A DNA stretch of 64,000 nucleotides, from assembly GCA_040384445.1 (NCBI GenBank), contig JAZKJG010000001.1:135650-199649 (forward strand). Direction: 5' to 3'. The first letter of the stretch is position 1. Every line of letters starts with the position of its first letter. The translations under genes were made by a program, and so were the position numbers. The notes below the pieces were generated by a model. It made no database searches, was not told the origin of the DNA, and saw only the letters and a program-made list of their open reading frames with translations. The stretch comes from Patescibacteria group bacterium. Its GTDB lineage: Bacteria; Patescibacteriota; Minisyncoccia; Phycocordibacterales; CAIZLB01. Of this stretch, positions 37,495 to 46,565 are shown one piece after another.

Positions 37495-38706
37495 TTAGAG
37501 TAGTTTCTTTAAATATTCAATAAGATTTTGCATTTCAACAGATTCCTGAGAAAGGTTTTTCATATTTCTAACCATGACTGAGTTTTGCAATGCTTCTTTA
37601 TGTCCGACAAGGAGAAGATAGGGAACATTAAGCCGTTCCGCATGTTGTAGCTGAGCAGAAATTTTTTCTTTTGAGATTGCCTGATGCATTGGGATTCTTG
37701 CGGATCGCATCATGTCCATAACTTTAAGTGTTTTAAATCGAGCCTCAGGACCAAGTTGTGCGTAAAAGAATTTTATATCACATTCCTCTATGATCTTGAT
37801 TGTTTTCTTAGGTTGCGTTGCTTTCTTTAGACCAGAAATAATCATACTTATAATAGGAACTTCTTTCTTATTTAAAATCTTCTTAGCCATATTATCATGT
37901 CGACTGCCGTGAATCTCTAGAAAATCAGCTTTAATACTGAACACAACACCACTTGTTACTTCTGGTGATTGAAACAAAAATGGTTGAATTCTAAAGTTCA
38001 TATCAAGCGCCTCGATGTATTCAAGAATTTCTTTAAATTCTGCTCGTGAAGCAGGTGAGAGGTAATCGATAGGGTTTGGAATCGTCACATCAATAGCTTC
38101 TTTTTCTCCTTTCTTCAGTTTTGGTTTTATAGAAACACCTTCAAGCATTCGATATGCCTCGTACATATCCTTCTTTACAAGTGCCGCTATATTTTTAGGA
38201 AGTGCCGCTGCATGTTTTTTATAGAAATGTTGTAATTCTTTTGAGAATTTTTGTACAGATTCTTTATCACCAACAAATGAAATTTCAACAAGAATATCTG
38301 CTTTTGGACCAAGAATTTCATGAGCAACACTGAACCCTGCTTCTATCGCAAGAGCATCGTAAATATTTTTCTTTGTACCAACAATGTGACACATGTATAT
38401 GTCTTTATCGATACTGTACCCAATATGAGCAGGTAATACATGATGTTCAAGAGTCTTATCTAATACTTTTTTCTGAATCTGTAATGCATCAGCAAGTCGA
38501 GCATCTTTTGAATACTTCTGAACAACCTTTTTTTCAAGATCAGATGGATGCGTTTTATGAGTTCCTACAAAACCAAAATGCTGCAGTGTTCGAAATACAT
38601 GCATGTGCTCAGGAATAACACCTTCACATACATTTCTCAGTTTCTTTGTTGCAGGTATCTGAATTTGAGTAATTGTTTTTTTGTGAATCTCGATAATTTT
38701 TTTCAT
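37495..38706 (-). CDS. histidyl-tRNA-synthetase-like class II protein with degenerate catalytic motifs (HisZ-like paralog?)
   Basis: 403 aa. Aligns by eye to HisRS along its length. DYLSPASRAEFKEILEYIEALDMNF aligns to HisRS DYLDEESREHF...AGIAY. Motif 3 GGRYD reads GSRHD. The motif 2 region lacks the conserved Arg/Glu. The C-terminus VPYLLLVGHKEALQNSVMVRNM is anticodon-binding-domain-like. Confidence 0.55.
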   Translation of the reverse strand: MKKIIEIHKKTITQIQIPATKKLRNVCEGVIPEHMHVFRTLQHFGFVGTHKTHPSDLEKKVVQKYSKDARLADALQIQKKVLDKTLEHHVLPAHIGYSIDKDIYMCHIVGTKKNIYDALAIEAGFSVAHEILGPKADILVEISFVGDKESVQKFSKELQHFYKKHAAALPKNIAALVKKDMYEAYRMLEGVSIKPKLKKGEKEAIDVTIPNPIDYLSPASRAEFKEILEYIEALDMNFRIQPFLFQSPEVTSGVVFSIKADFLEIHGSRHDNMAKKILNKKEVPIISMIISGLKKATQPKKTIKIIEECDIKFFYAQLGPEARFKTLKVMDMMRSARIPMHQAISKEKISAQLQHAERLNVPYLLLVGHKEALQNSVMVRNMKNLSQESVEMQNLIEYLKKLL

Positions 38707-38719
38707 ATATTTGTAATAC

Positions 38720-39253
38720 TTATTTTATAGATCCTGGAAATACTCCAATCTGGTCGAAAGGGTATAGTCGAAGCACTACTCTACCTTGAATAGCTTCTTT
38801 TTTAAGAACTCCCCAAGCCCGTGAGTCATAACTTACAGCTCGATTGTCTCCCATAACAAAATATTCATCATCTTTAAGGGTAGCTTGTGCAATCCGAGCA
38901 CTTGGATGGGTAACAAAAGTCTCGTCGATTTTCTGACCATTTACAAGAGTTTCTAGCCCTGTAACTTCTATAACATCCCCTGGAATGCCAATAATTCGCT
39001 TAATAAATCGATCTTCTGCTCGGCTTTCAACTGGAGGATTAAATACAATCACATCTCCTCTCTTCGGTGCTGAAAATGTATATGTAATTTTATCAACTAA
39101 TACATAATCGCTTGTATGAAAAGTCTCATCCATAGATGACCCTGTTACACTATGAGGTTCAATCACAAATACCCGAAAAAGGATAATAAGAACCAAGTAC
39201 AAGAAAAAGCTCTTCCATGACATATCTTTACTTTTAGCTGGCGTTTTATCCAT
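38720..39253 (-). CDS. lepB: signal peptidase I
   Basis: 177 aa. N-terminal TM, then S26 boxes GSSMDETF, GDVIVF, GDNRAVSYDSRAWG. Confidence 0.85.
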   Translation of the reverse strand: MDKTPAKSKDMSWKSFFLYLVLIILFRVFVIEPHSVTGSSMDETFHTSDYVLVDKITYTFSAPKRGDVIVFNPPVESRAEDRFIKRIIGIPGDVIEVTGLETLVNGQKIDETFVTHPSARIAQATLKDDEYFVMGDNRAVSYDSRAWGVLKKEAIQGRVVLRLYPFDQIGVFPGSIK

Positions 39254-39276
39254 ATTACGGCTATTATAGCATATAT

Positions 39277-39825
39277 ATGAAAACCATCATAGGATTGGGA
39301 AATAAGGGTAAAGAGTACCAAAAAACACGTCACAACATAGGTGAGCATGTAGTTCGTGTGATGGCTGAAGCTATGGGTGGGACTTTTGAGTATAACAAGC
39401 ATCTTTTGTCAAATGTGGCTGAAATTGATGGAGTACAGTTCATTATCCCTGAACTATATATGAACGAGTCAGGGAAAGTGTTGGATTGTTTGTATAAAAT
39501 GAAGAATAACGAGGCAGAGTATCCTGAATTACTTATTGTACGAGACGATATTGATATGGGAATAGGAAATGTGAAGACGATATTTGATGGTGGAAGTGGG
39601 GGGCATAACGGAATTAACTCAATCCATACACATTTGAAGAGTAAAAAATTTCATCAGATTAAGATAGGTGTGTTGCCAGTAGATGCTGAGGGCAAAGTTT
39701 TGAAACCATCACAAGGCGAGGTAAATGATTTCGTAACAGGAAAGTTTACGAGGGATGAATGGGAATTGATGATTGAATCTGTAAAGAAAGCAGTAGTCTT
39801 GATTGAAGAGTTTATACAAAAATAA
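39277..39825 (+). CDS. pth: peptidyl-tRNA hydrolase
   Basis: 182 aa. N-terminal IGLGNKGKEYQKTRHNIGEHVV matches the Pth signature. Confidence 0.9.
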   Translation: MKTIIGLGNKGKEYQKTRHNIGEHVVRVMAEAMGGTFEYNKHLLSNVAEIDGVQFIIPELYMNESGKVLDCLYKMKNNEAEYPELLIVRDDIDMGIGNVKTIFDGGSGGHNGINSIHTHLKSKKFHQIKIGVLPVDAEGKVLKPSQGEVNDFVTGKFTRDEWELMIESVKKAVVLIEEFIQK

Positions 39826-39870
39826 AATCCCTTACCAGTTGGGGCTGGTAAGGAGATATTGTAAGGTTTT

Positions 39871-40027
39871 AGACCTTCGTAAGTCGTCCGCGAGGTTTAT
39901 TGGCGGGTACAGGTGCAGGGTTGGTGAGGGATTGCTTCGCTACCTCCTTTCTCTTCCTGATGATTTTACGCACGTTAAGAAGATCAGCCCATGTACGGGA
40001 GTGTGGGATCTCTTGGGATTTTGACAT
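39871..40027 (-). CDS. small basic protein (52 aa), tentative; the locus could instead be a small RNA
   Basis: MSKSQEIPHSRTWADLLNVRKIIRKRKEVAKQSLTNPAPVPANKPRGRLTKV. The segment is GC-rich. It has its own downstream hairpin (39830..39853) with a T-run on the minus strand, and a terminator upstream (40110..40140) separating it from rpsA. Confidence 0.3.
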
Positions 40028-40143
40028 AGTGGTTGTATATATAGTGCTGGCCTCAGAACGTCTGAGACATGTTTTATAACACAGCTATACATATATAGCA
40101 ACAACATAAAAACCCTCAGATTTACTGAGGGTTTTTATTCGTA

Positions 40144-41247
40144 TTACTTATTCTCAACTAGATGCAGAGTCATTCGTTGTTCACGAGGCTCAAACATATT
40201 GATTTTAAATGTGTAACTCTTTCCGATATCGATCTTTTCTTTCATCTTAGCTTCGTTTCCAAACTCTGAGATGTGAACTAGACCTGATACTCCTTCTTCG
40301 ATAGAGGCAAGTGCTCCGTGTCGGTTAAACTTAATGATTACACCTGTAACTTCATCATCTTTCTTGTATTTAGCTGATGCAAGTTTCCAAGGGTTATCTT
40401 TTCGAGCCTTAAGTGACATTGAAACCTTTCCATCTTTAACATCGATGATTCGTGCCTTAACAGCATCACCAACCTTAAATAGGATTCGAGGATCTTCAAC
40501 TAGACCCCAGTCAAGCTCTGAGATGTGAGCAAGTCCTTCTAACTCATCGTTTACCTTAATAAATACTCCGAAGTCCACAGTTCCTGTAACTACTCCGTCT
40601 ACATCATCTCCAACTGAATACTTAGCACTCATTTCAGCACTTTTAGCTGCGTTTCCTTTATTTCCAGCAGAATATGTTCCACCTTCAATACCTCGCTCTG
40701 AGAAAATAAGTTTTCCTTCTTTAGCGTCAGCAGTAATGATACTTAGAGAAATCTTTTGTCCGATTAGCTTTTTAAGCTCATCTTGGATTTTATCTTTGTT
40801 ACCATCTTCAACCTTAGGATAGTGCTCAGGTTTTAGTTGTGATGCAGGAAGGAATCCATGAATACCTTGCCATACAATCATAAGTCCACCCTTGTTTGCA
40901 TCTTGGATAGTTACATCAAGAACAGTCTTATCAAGAACAGCTTGTTCAGCTTCTTTCCAGATAAGTGCTTGCTTAGCTTCTTTAAGTGATAGTTCAATAT
41001 ATCCATCTACTGTATCAAAACCACATACTTTCGCAGTGATAAGATCTCCAGCATGTACCTTTCGGATGATATCTCGAGCAATCATAAACTCTTTTCCGTA
41101 GATAACTCCAGTTCCAAAAGGAGAGAGGTCTACAAAAAGTCTACTCTTGTTCAGTGTAATAACTTTTCCTTCAATATCGTCACCGATTTTTGGAGGATTA
41201 GGAATGTCTGCAAATTGTGCAAACATTATCGTATTTTCTTCATTCAT
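40144..41247 (-). CDS. rpsA: 30S ribosomal protein S1 (short 4-domain form)
   Basis: 367 aa with four S1 repeats (GDDIEGKVI..., GDLITAKV..., VGDDVDGVVTGTVDFGVFIKV..., VGDAVKARIIDV...). Confidence 0.8.
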   Translation of the reverse strand: MNEENTIMFAQFADIPNPPKIGDDIEGKVITLNKSRLFVDLSPFGTGVIYGKEFMIARDIIRKVHAGDLITAKVCGFDTVDGYIELSLKEAKQALIWKEAEQAVLDKTVLDVTIQDANKGGLMIVWQGIHGFLPASQLKPEHYPKVEDGNKDKIQDELKKLIGQKISLSIITADAKEGKLIFSERGIEGGTYSAGNKGNAAKSAEMSAKYSVGDDVDGVVTGTVDFGVFIKVNDELEGLAHISELDWGLVEDPRILFKVGDAVKARIIDVKDGKVSMSLKARKDNPWKLASAKYKKDDEVTGVIIKFNRHGALASIEEGVSGLVHISEFGNEAKMKEKIDIGKSYTFKINMFEPREQRMTLHLVENK

Positions 41248-41400
41248 AATAAGTTGTGTATTTTCATAAACGGCAGTTTTACATCCTATGAGAGCGATAT
41301 AAGGGTTACAAACCGTAGATGTTGTTTGTTAATGAATACCGGTTGAGTTTAACAGGAAAATGATTGAAAGGCAAGGGGATTTGGGTGTATACTGGTTAGT

Positions 41401-41754
41401 ATGATTTCATTTTCAGAAAGCGCTCCAAGAGGACCATCTAAAGAGCAAGTTGTAGCTGTACTAAAGGACATCAATACATCCCCAAAAGAAGCTCAGGAGC
41501 TGTATATGCAATGGATAGATGAAAAACAAAAGGAAATGGATGAATCTCAGAGCGAATACTCAAGACTTAAATACAATATTGATGTAGCAGAGCTATTATT
41601 TGAAGCGAATTTAATAGAGGATGCTCTGATATATTGTGAAAGTGCTTGGGAGATTGTAAGTAATGAAATTCAAGATTTAGATCCGAGTCGAATTTCAAAT
41701 GAATTGCTTGATTTATGCACAAGACTTGATATTATATCCGATGAAATTTTGTAG
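41401..41754 (+). CDS. hypothetical acidic protein
   Basis: 117-aa ORF with no motif. Confidence 0.4.
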   Translation: MISFSESAPRGPSKEQVVAVLKDINTSPKEAQELYMQWIDEKQKEMDESQSEYSRLKYNIDVAELLFEANLIEDALIYCESAWEIVSNEIQDLDPSRISNELLDLCTRLDIISDEIL

Positions 41755-41766
41755 TATAATATTGTT

Positions 41767-42075
41767 ATGACACATGAAAGCCTAAACCCAAATCAAGAAG
41801 GAGATAAAAGAATTCATTCTTTCGAAGATATTCGAACTGTGATTCGAGAACTTCCAAAAAACAGAGAGGAATTAAATGCTTTAACAGAAGAAATTAAAGA
41901 ATTGATTAAGGATAATGAGGTTAAAGTAGAACTTGAACCAGTAGTACAGACTGTAATGTATGAAATTGAAGTAGCGAATAAAGATACTGCAAAACTAACT
42001 GACGAGCAGAGATACTTTTTAGAACAGATTAGTGGAAAACTCGAAGAATTTATTGCCCGACTAGAACAACAGTAA
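41767..42075 (+). CDS. hypothetical acidic coiled-coil protein
   Basis: 102-aa ORF, 12 nt after the previous one. No motif. Confidence 0.4.
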   Translation: MTHESLNPNQEGDKRIHSFEDIRTVIRELPKNREELNALTEEIKELIKDNEVKVELEPVVQTVMYEIEVANKDTAKLTDEQRYFLEQISGKLEEFIARLEQQ

Positions 42076-42080
42076 TAACA

Positions 42081-42110
42081 AAAACCCTAGTAATTAACTA
42101 GGGTTTTCAT
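42081..42110. terminator. bidirectional intrinsic terminator (41767 gene / rpmA)
   Basis: aaaa-ccctagtaattaactaggg-tttt. Confidence 0.65.
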
Positions 42111-42121
42111 TTATGAGCGTC

Positions 42122-42394
42122 TTATTTAACGTGAACTACTTTTTTAACTTTCACTGTGTTATCAATCTGAATCTTTCTCTTAGTTCCAAAAGATACAATT
42201 CCATCTTTAAGAGCAAAAAGAGTATGATCTCGTCCTACTCCTACATTCTCTCCAGCCATGATTTTAGTGCCTCGCTGTCGAACGATGATAGCTCCTGCAC
42301 CTGCTTTTTCTCCAGCATAAAGCTTCACTCCAAGATATTTTGGCTGTGAGTCTTTAAGGTTTTTTGACGATCCCGCCGCTTTTTTTGTTGCCAT
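42122..42394 (-). CDS. rpmA: 50S ribosomal protein L27
   Basis: 90 aa. [45 protein letters not shown] matches the L27 signature. No rplU is adjacent. Confidence 0.9.
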   Translation of the reverse strand: MATKKAAGSSKNLKDSQPKYLGVKLYAGEKAGAGAIIVRQRGTKIMAGENVGVGRDHTLFALKDGIVSFGTKRKIQIDNTVKVKKVVHVK

Positions 42395-42660
42395 GTGATT
42401 TTATATGGGTATTTTTTAGTTAATCTTTTGAAAATCTTTAGCACTGCTGTGATATAGATATGGACATGAGTATATATCATATACTGGAAAAAATCAACAG
42501 TGACGCGAGGGTTGTGGCCTTTAGTAAGGGTAGATCTAGGATATTTCTCGTTATTGTTGGAGTTTTAACTCTAATACAAGTATTTTTACTTCTTACGGTA
42601 TATACAAAATAATCCCCACAGCAAGCTTGTGGCTCGGTGTGGGGATGATAGGGATGGCGC

Positions 42661-43200
42661 TTATTTGGCCAGTTCGCTCAGGAATTTCGCATGTTCCTCG
42701 TCTAGCGTTTTAAGCTTTGCTTTATGTTCAGCATTCGTTTTTACTGCCGCAACATAGAACGCATGCAGGCAGGAGTTGAAGAGTTTGGTATATTCGTCTT
42801 CGTACTCAAGCCCAACCTTCATGTGATGAAGGTATATTTTTGATGACTTTTCTGATTTGATGTTTATCGTCCCTCCCGATGTGAGTGGTCCGGGGCCAAT
42901 AGGTAATTTCATGACTCGAACAGCAGATTCCTTGTCCGTAAAGATAAAGGTGAGGCTTTCGGCACCTTCTTTTTCGAAATCAAACCTCATCGAGATCGTA
43001 CCCTCTGCTGTATGGATCTCGTCCATGACGAGATTGGGTGAATCGATATTTGCAGCGTTATTGACGAAGGCTGCACTGATGATATCGCCAAACTTTTCAG
43101 CTTGGCTCACAGGATCCTTCTGATCAACAGAAGGAGTTGGCGTGGCTGCTCCGAGTGGAAAAGCGGAGATAAACATAATCATGACGAATATAGTTTTCAT
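42661..43200 (-). CDS. secreted hypothetical protein
   Basis: 179 aa with a signal peptide (MKTIFVMIMFISAFPLGAA). Minus-strand terminator hairpin at 42614..42644. Confidence 0.5.
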   Translation of the reverse strand: MKTIFVMIMFISAFPLGAATPTPSVDQKDPVSQAEKFGDIISAAFVNNAANIDSPNLVMDEIHTAEGTISMRFDFEKEGAESLTFIFTDKESAVRVMKLPIGPGPLTSGGTINIKSEKSSKIYLHHMKVGLEYEDEYTKLFNSCLHAFYVAAVKTNAEHKAKLKTLDEEHAKFLSELAK

Positions 43201-43511
43201 AAGCTACTGGAGTTTGTCTGATGCACTATGCCTCAGAACTGATATCTGAAATGTACAGTTAGTTTAGGGTGTTGTCAATATAAAAAAGATCCCCTCAAGA
43301 GACAATTCCGGTGCGTGTGTGCCGATTGATTACCTTTGGCGCATCGCGGGAATGTGTTTTTTCTGTCTCTCGAGAGGATTGAGCAAAGATAGGTAATATT
43401 ACCAATGGACCTAATAGTGTATGGGACCATTAAAGCGTTAACTTCTATATCTGCTCGGTTTAGCTTCTGTTGCTTCAAATGCAACATATATATCGTATCA
43501 CAATAAAAAGG

Positions 43512-43557
43512 CCTTGGAGCAGGGGATTTCAACTCCCTGTCCAAGGTTTTGGTTTTT
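43512..43557 (+). terminator. strong terminator-like hairpin inside an apparently non-coding region
   Basis: ccttggagcaggg-gatttcaact-ccctgtccaagg (a 13-bp interrupted stem), then ttttggttttt. Confidence 0.5.
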
Positions 43558-44208
43558 CGAATCAAGAGCAATCACTTGAGCAGTGCATTCGCCTGATTCT
43601 TCGTGGTTACAGGCCTGACCTACGATGCGGTTTGAAAAACATGCCTGCAGGACATGCTGACCTAGGCACAGTATATCATATAAACAGTCCCTCAGTGATA
43701 CTTGTCTTAGTTGGAGGAGAGAATTGCTTCTAGATCCTCGAAGTTTGTTTAATGTAACCTCCCACAAATTAGCCTAAAGTTATCCCCAATCCAAAACTAG
43801 CCTTTATTTACAACGATTAAATGGTGGGAGAAAAATATACTCCTAGGCTCAAAACAGTCCCACTACTTGCATTTTATGTCAATATATGCTAATATGTGTT
43901 TGACACTGTAAGAGTGTTTATTTTATTTGTGCAACGCATCTATTTTTTCAGAGAGCTATCAGACGAGTTATATTCTTACGTAACACCCCTCGTTAGCTAT
44001 CCCGACACTGGTAAAAGATAGATGAAGATTACAAGTTAGTATTAAACTTATTTTACAATTCTCAACCCTCGCGTTTGCAACGCTATTATCAAGTACAGTT
44101 ATCACTTTACCTGAAACAGCAGTTCAAACCGGAACAACAACAGTAGCATCGTCTACAGTTGCGATTACTGAAACGGCAACAAGTACATTACCACTAACAA
44201 AAAAGGAA

Positions 44209-44544
44209 ATGCGAAAGAAACTGAACTCTGGCGTAAGTTCATCTCTAAAGGAATACTTTAAGGATGCACCTATTATGGCCAAAGTTGCGTTTTGTGAATC
44301 GACTCATACTCAATTCGTCGCACCTGGTGTAGTTCATCGTGGAGTTGTCAACAGTAAAGACGTTGGGATCTTCCAGATTAATGAGCGATACCACTTGAAC
44401 ACTTCTAAAAAAATGGGTATTGATATCTATTCAATAGAAGGAAACATGGAATATGCCCGTCACTTATATGAGACACAAGGGCTACAGCCATGGTCAGCTT
44501 CAAAACCTTGTTGGGGTAAACATCTTACGTTGGCTTCTCGGTAA
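44209..44544 (+). CDS. lysozyme-like / lytic transglycosylase (SLT-like) domain protein; 5' end uncertain (see findings)
   Basis: 111-aa ATG ORF. AFCESTHTQF (Glu-Ser catalytic pair), GIFQIN and Y-rich segment resemble the SLT fold. The open frame continues upstream to 44026 and encodes a signal-peptide-like and Thr-rich linker without an ATG. Confidence 0.5.
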   Translation: MRKKLNSGVSSSLKEYFKDAPIMAKVAFCESTHTQFVAPGVVHRGVVNSKDVGIFQINERYHLNTSKKMGIDIYSIEGNMEYARHLYETQGLQPWSASKPCWGKHLTLASR

Positions 44545-44593
44545 TATTTAAATCAAAAAACACCTACTCATCTGAGTAGGTGTTTTTTGTGTT

Positions 44594-45445
44594 TTATAGC
44601 GGATGATACTTCACATATTCACTCCAATCTACTTCATTCTTTCCCTCAGGAGTAACTCGATCAATCACGTACCTTTCATCCATAAAACTCATTTTCTTAA
44701 TCTTCACACGTTTTCCGTTATGCATAAAATACACTCCAGGCCACTCATGATACGCACAATATTTTAAATACACACTCTCTAAACTGTCATTTACAATATC
44801 AACCTCTCCATCTTTTTTCTCAATCATAGACGTATATGTGGCAGCGTCATGATCTTGTTCTGTAAGCTCAATCACACCTTCTACATATTTAGGTAAAATC
44901 TCTATAAGTAATTCAGCTGATCGAAATGCCATAAAATCAGACAACTCCTTTGTCGTTAATGGCCAGTTTGGAACAGTAACATTTTCCTGAACAATAAGTG
45001 GTCCATGGTCCATAAGTGCGTCTATTTTTATAATACTAATTCCAGTTTCTGGATTATTTGAAAGTATTGTAGCCTGAAGTGGGGCAGGGCCTCGATGCTT
45101 AGGAAGTAAAGAGGGGTGGATATTTAAAAAACCTACTGGAGATAAATCAAGTAATGCTTGAGGTAAAATCTTTCCATAGTCTGCAACAATACAAACCTCT
45201 ACTGAATCTATGATGCCCTTAAGAATATCAAGAGACTCCACGGTTTTTAACGTGACTGGTTGAATTGTTTTTATACCATGAAGGTCTGCAAGTATTTTAA
45301 CAGGAGGTGGAGTTATGATTTGATGTCGTCCAACAGGTTTATCAGGTGCTGTAACGATAAAATCAGGAGCACTACCACGCTCTATAAGCGTCTTGAGAAC
45401 ATGCTCAGCAAAATGACCGGTTCCGAAAAATACAAAAGATGTCAT
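44594..45445 (-). CDS. fmt: methionyl-tRNA formyltransferase
   Basis: 283 aa. N-terminus FFGTGHFAEHVL...PDKPVGR. NIHPSLLPKHRGPAPLQATIL matches the Fmt SLLP motif. Confidence 0.85.
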   Translation of the reverse strand: MTSFVFFGTGHFAEHVLKTLIERGSAPDFIVTAPDKPVGRHQIITPPPVKILADLHGIKTIQPVTLKTVESLDILKGIIDSVEVCIVADYGKILPQALLDLSPVGFLNIHPSLLPKHRGPAPLQATILSNNPETGISIIKIDALMDHGPLIVQENVTVPNWPLTTKELSDFMAFRSAELLIEILPKYVEGVIELTEQDHDAATYTSMIEKKDGEVDIVNDSLESVYLKYCAYHEWPGVYFMHNGKRVKIKKMSFMDERYVIDRVTPEGKNEVDWSEYVKYHPL

Positions 45446-45512
45446 GTATCGAGTATATCATAATTGACAAGAGAGATCGTTCTGGATTACTCTGTAGTAC
45501 AGAGCACCTTAT

Positions 45513-45971
45513 ATGAAAGATTATTCCTACTTTCCAGGAATGCTCCTCACGTCGGCATTGATTTTTGGTTCTATTAGTTTAAACCCTCTCCTTAAGAAGA
45601 AAGAAGAAAAGGTGGAGGAGGTGCCAGTAGTAATCCAAGATACACGGAAGATTTCACACTGGGAATGCTGGCTCGATGGTACGTACACAAAAATCTCTAT
45701 CACAAGAGGATACTCATTCACTGCTGTCTTACACACAAATATGCATGGGGAAATTACCCTGTATGGTAGCGAGAAGGTGGATCATGCAAATGAAATTGTT
45801 GAACTGTTTGGCTCTGTAGGTAACTCAGAAAACGTTGCAATCGGAACATTTTCTGCCAAACAAGCAACTCTAATTGGACAAACTCAATTGCCTGAAAAAA
45901 CTCTTCTTGGAGAGATCGATATGGTTACAGGTAACAGATCATACACCATTATCATTTCTCCACTACCATAA
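45513..45971 (+). CDS. hypothetical secreted protein
   Basis: 152 aa with an N-terminal hydrophobic segment. No motif. Confidence 0.45.
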   Translation: MKDYSYFPGMLLTSALIFGSISLNPLLKKKEEKVEEVPVVIQDTRKISHWECWLDGTYTKISITRGYSFTAVLHTNMHGEITLYGSEKVDHANEIVELFGSVGNSENVAIGTFSAKQATLIGQTQLPEKTLLGEIDMVTGNRSYTIIISPLP

Positions 45972-45976
45972 AACGA

Positions 45977-46010
45977 ACGCGCCAGACTCATCATCTCGCG
46001 CGTGTTTTTT
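45977..46010. terminator. bidirectional intrinsic terminator (45513 gene / def)
   Basis: acgcgc-cagactcatcatctc-gcgcgt followed by T6. An A-run precedes it. Confidence 0.65.
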
Positions 46011-46551
46011 ATTCTTCTTTTTTAGTTCCCACTATCGGCTCAGGTTCCAACCATTCAACATCAATTGCTTTGTCTATAAATAGATGTCCATCAAGATGAT
46101 CACATTCATGTTGAAAAATATGTGAAAGAATTCCACCTGCACCACGAACTTGTTTTTTACCAAATTCATCTGTAAATTCAAGTGACACGTGAGTCGATCG
46201 AAGCACTTTTCCGTAATACCACCGTACAGATAAACAACCTTCACCAGGTAACCATTTTTTAGTTTTTGAAGCTTTAATTATTTTCGGATTAATACATACC
46301 AAATCAGTTGTAGGCATTGTTCCGTCTTTTTTATTTCTCGGAAGAACACGTTTAGACACGATAAATATTTTAGCACTTGACCCAACTTGTGGAGCAGCAA
46401 GTCCAACTCCATCATGAATTGCGTCAAGAGTTTCTTTCATGTCTGCAATCAATGTTTGAATTTTTGCACCTGAAATATCTACTTCTGCAACTTCTTTTGC
46501 AGGAGTTTCTAGAATTGGGTCACCTTTTTCGACAATGTCGAGTTTTGCCAT
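46009..46551 (-). CDS. def: peptide deformylase
   Basis: 180 aa. Motifs GVGLAAPQVG, EGCLS and HECDHLDG. Confidence 0.9.
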   Translation of the reverse strand: MAKLDIVEKGDPILETPAKEVAEVDISGAKIQTLIADMKETLDAIHDGVGLAAPQVGSSAKIFIVSKRVLPRNKKDGTMPTTDLVCINPKIIKASKTKKWLPGEGCLSVRWYYGKVLRSTHVSLEFTDEFGKKQVRGAGGILSHIFQHECDHLDGHLFIDKAIDVEWLEPEPIVGTKKEE

Positions 46552-46565
46552 ATAGCTCGATAGTA

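Noticed and set aside
39803-40024. 73-aa plus-strand ORF after pth
   Set aside because: It overlaps the pth 3' end and the hairpin. The minus-strand reading (52-aa basic ORF with its own terminator) or an ncRNA explains the GC-rich segment better.
43580-43700. Possible SRP (4.5S) RNA, from a GGTCAGGCCT-like string on the minus strand
   Set aside because: The domain IV core (GGAAGGAAGCAGC) is absent. tmRNA and RNase P core motifs were also not seen. No RNA family is claimed.
43275-43767. Overlapping ORFs 43275..43571(-), 43470..43733(+) and 43498..43767(-)
   Set aside because: They are mutually overlapping and their translations look non-protein-like. They are kept only as evidence that the region is GC-elevated non-coding sequence (see finding).
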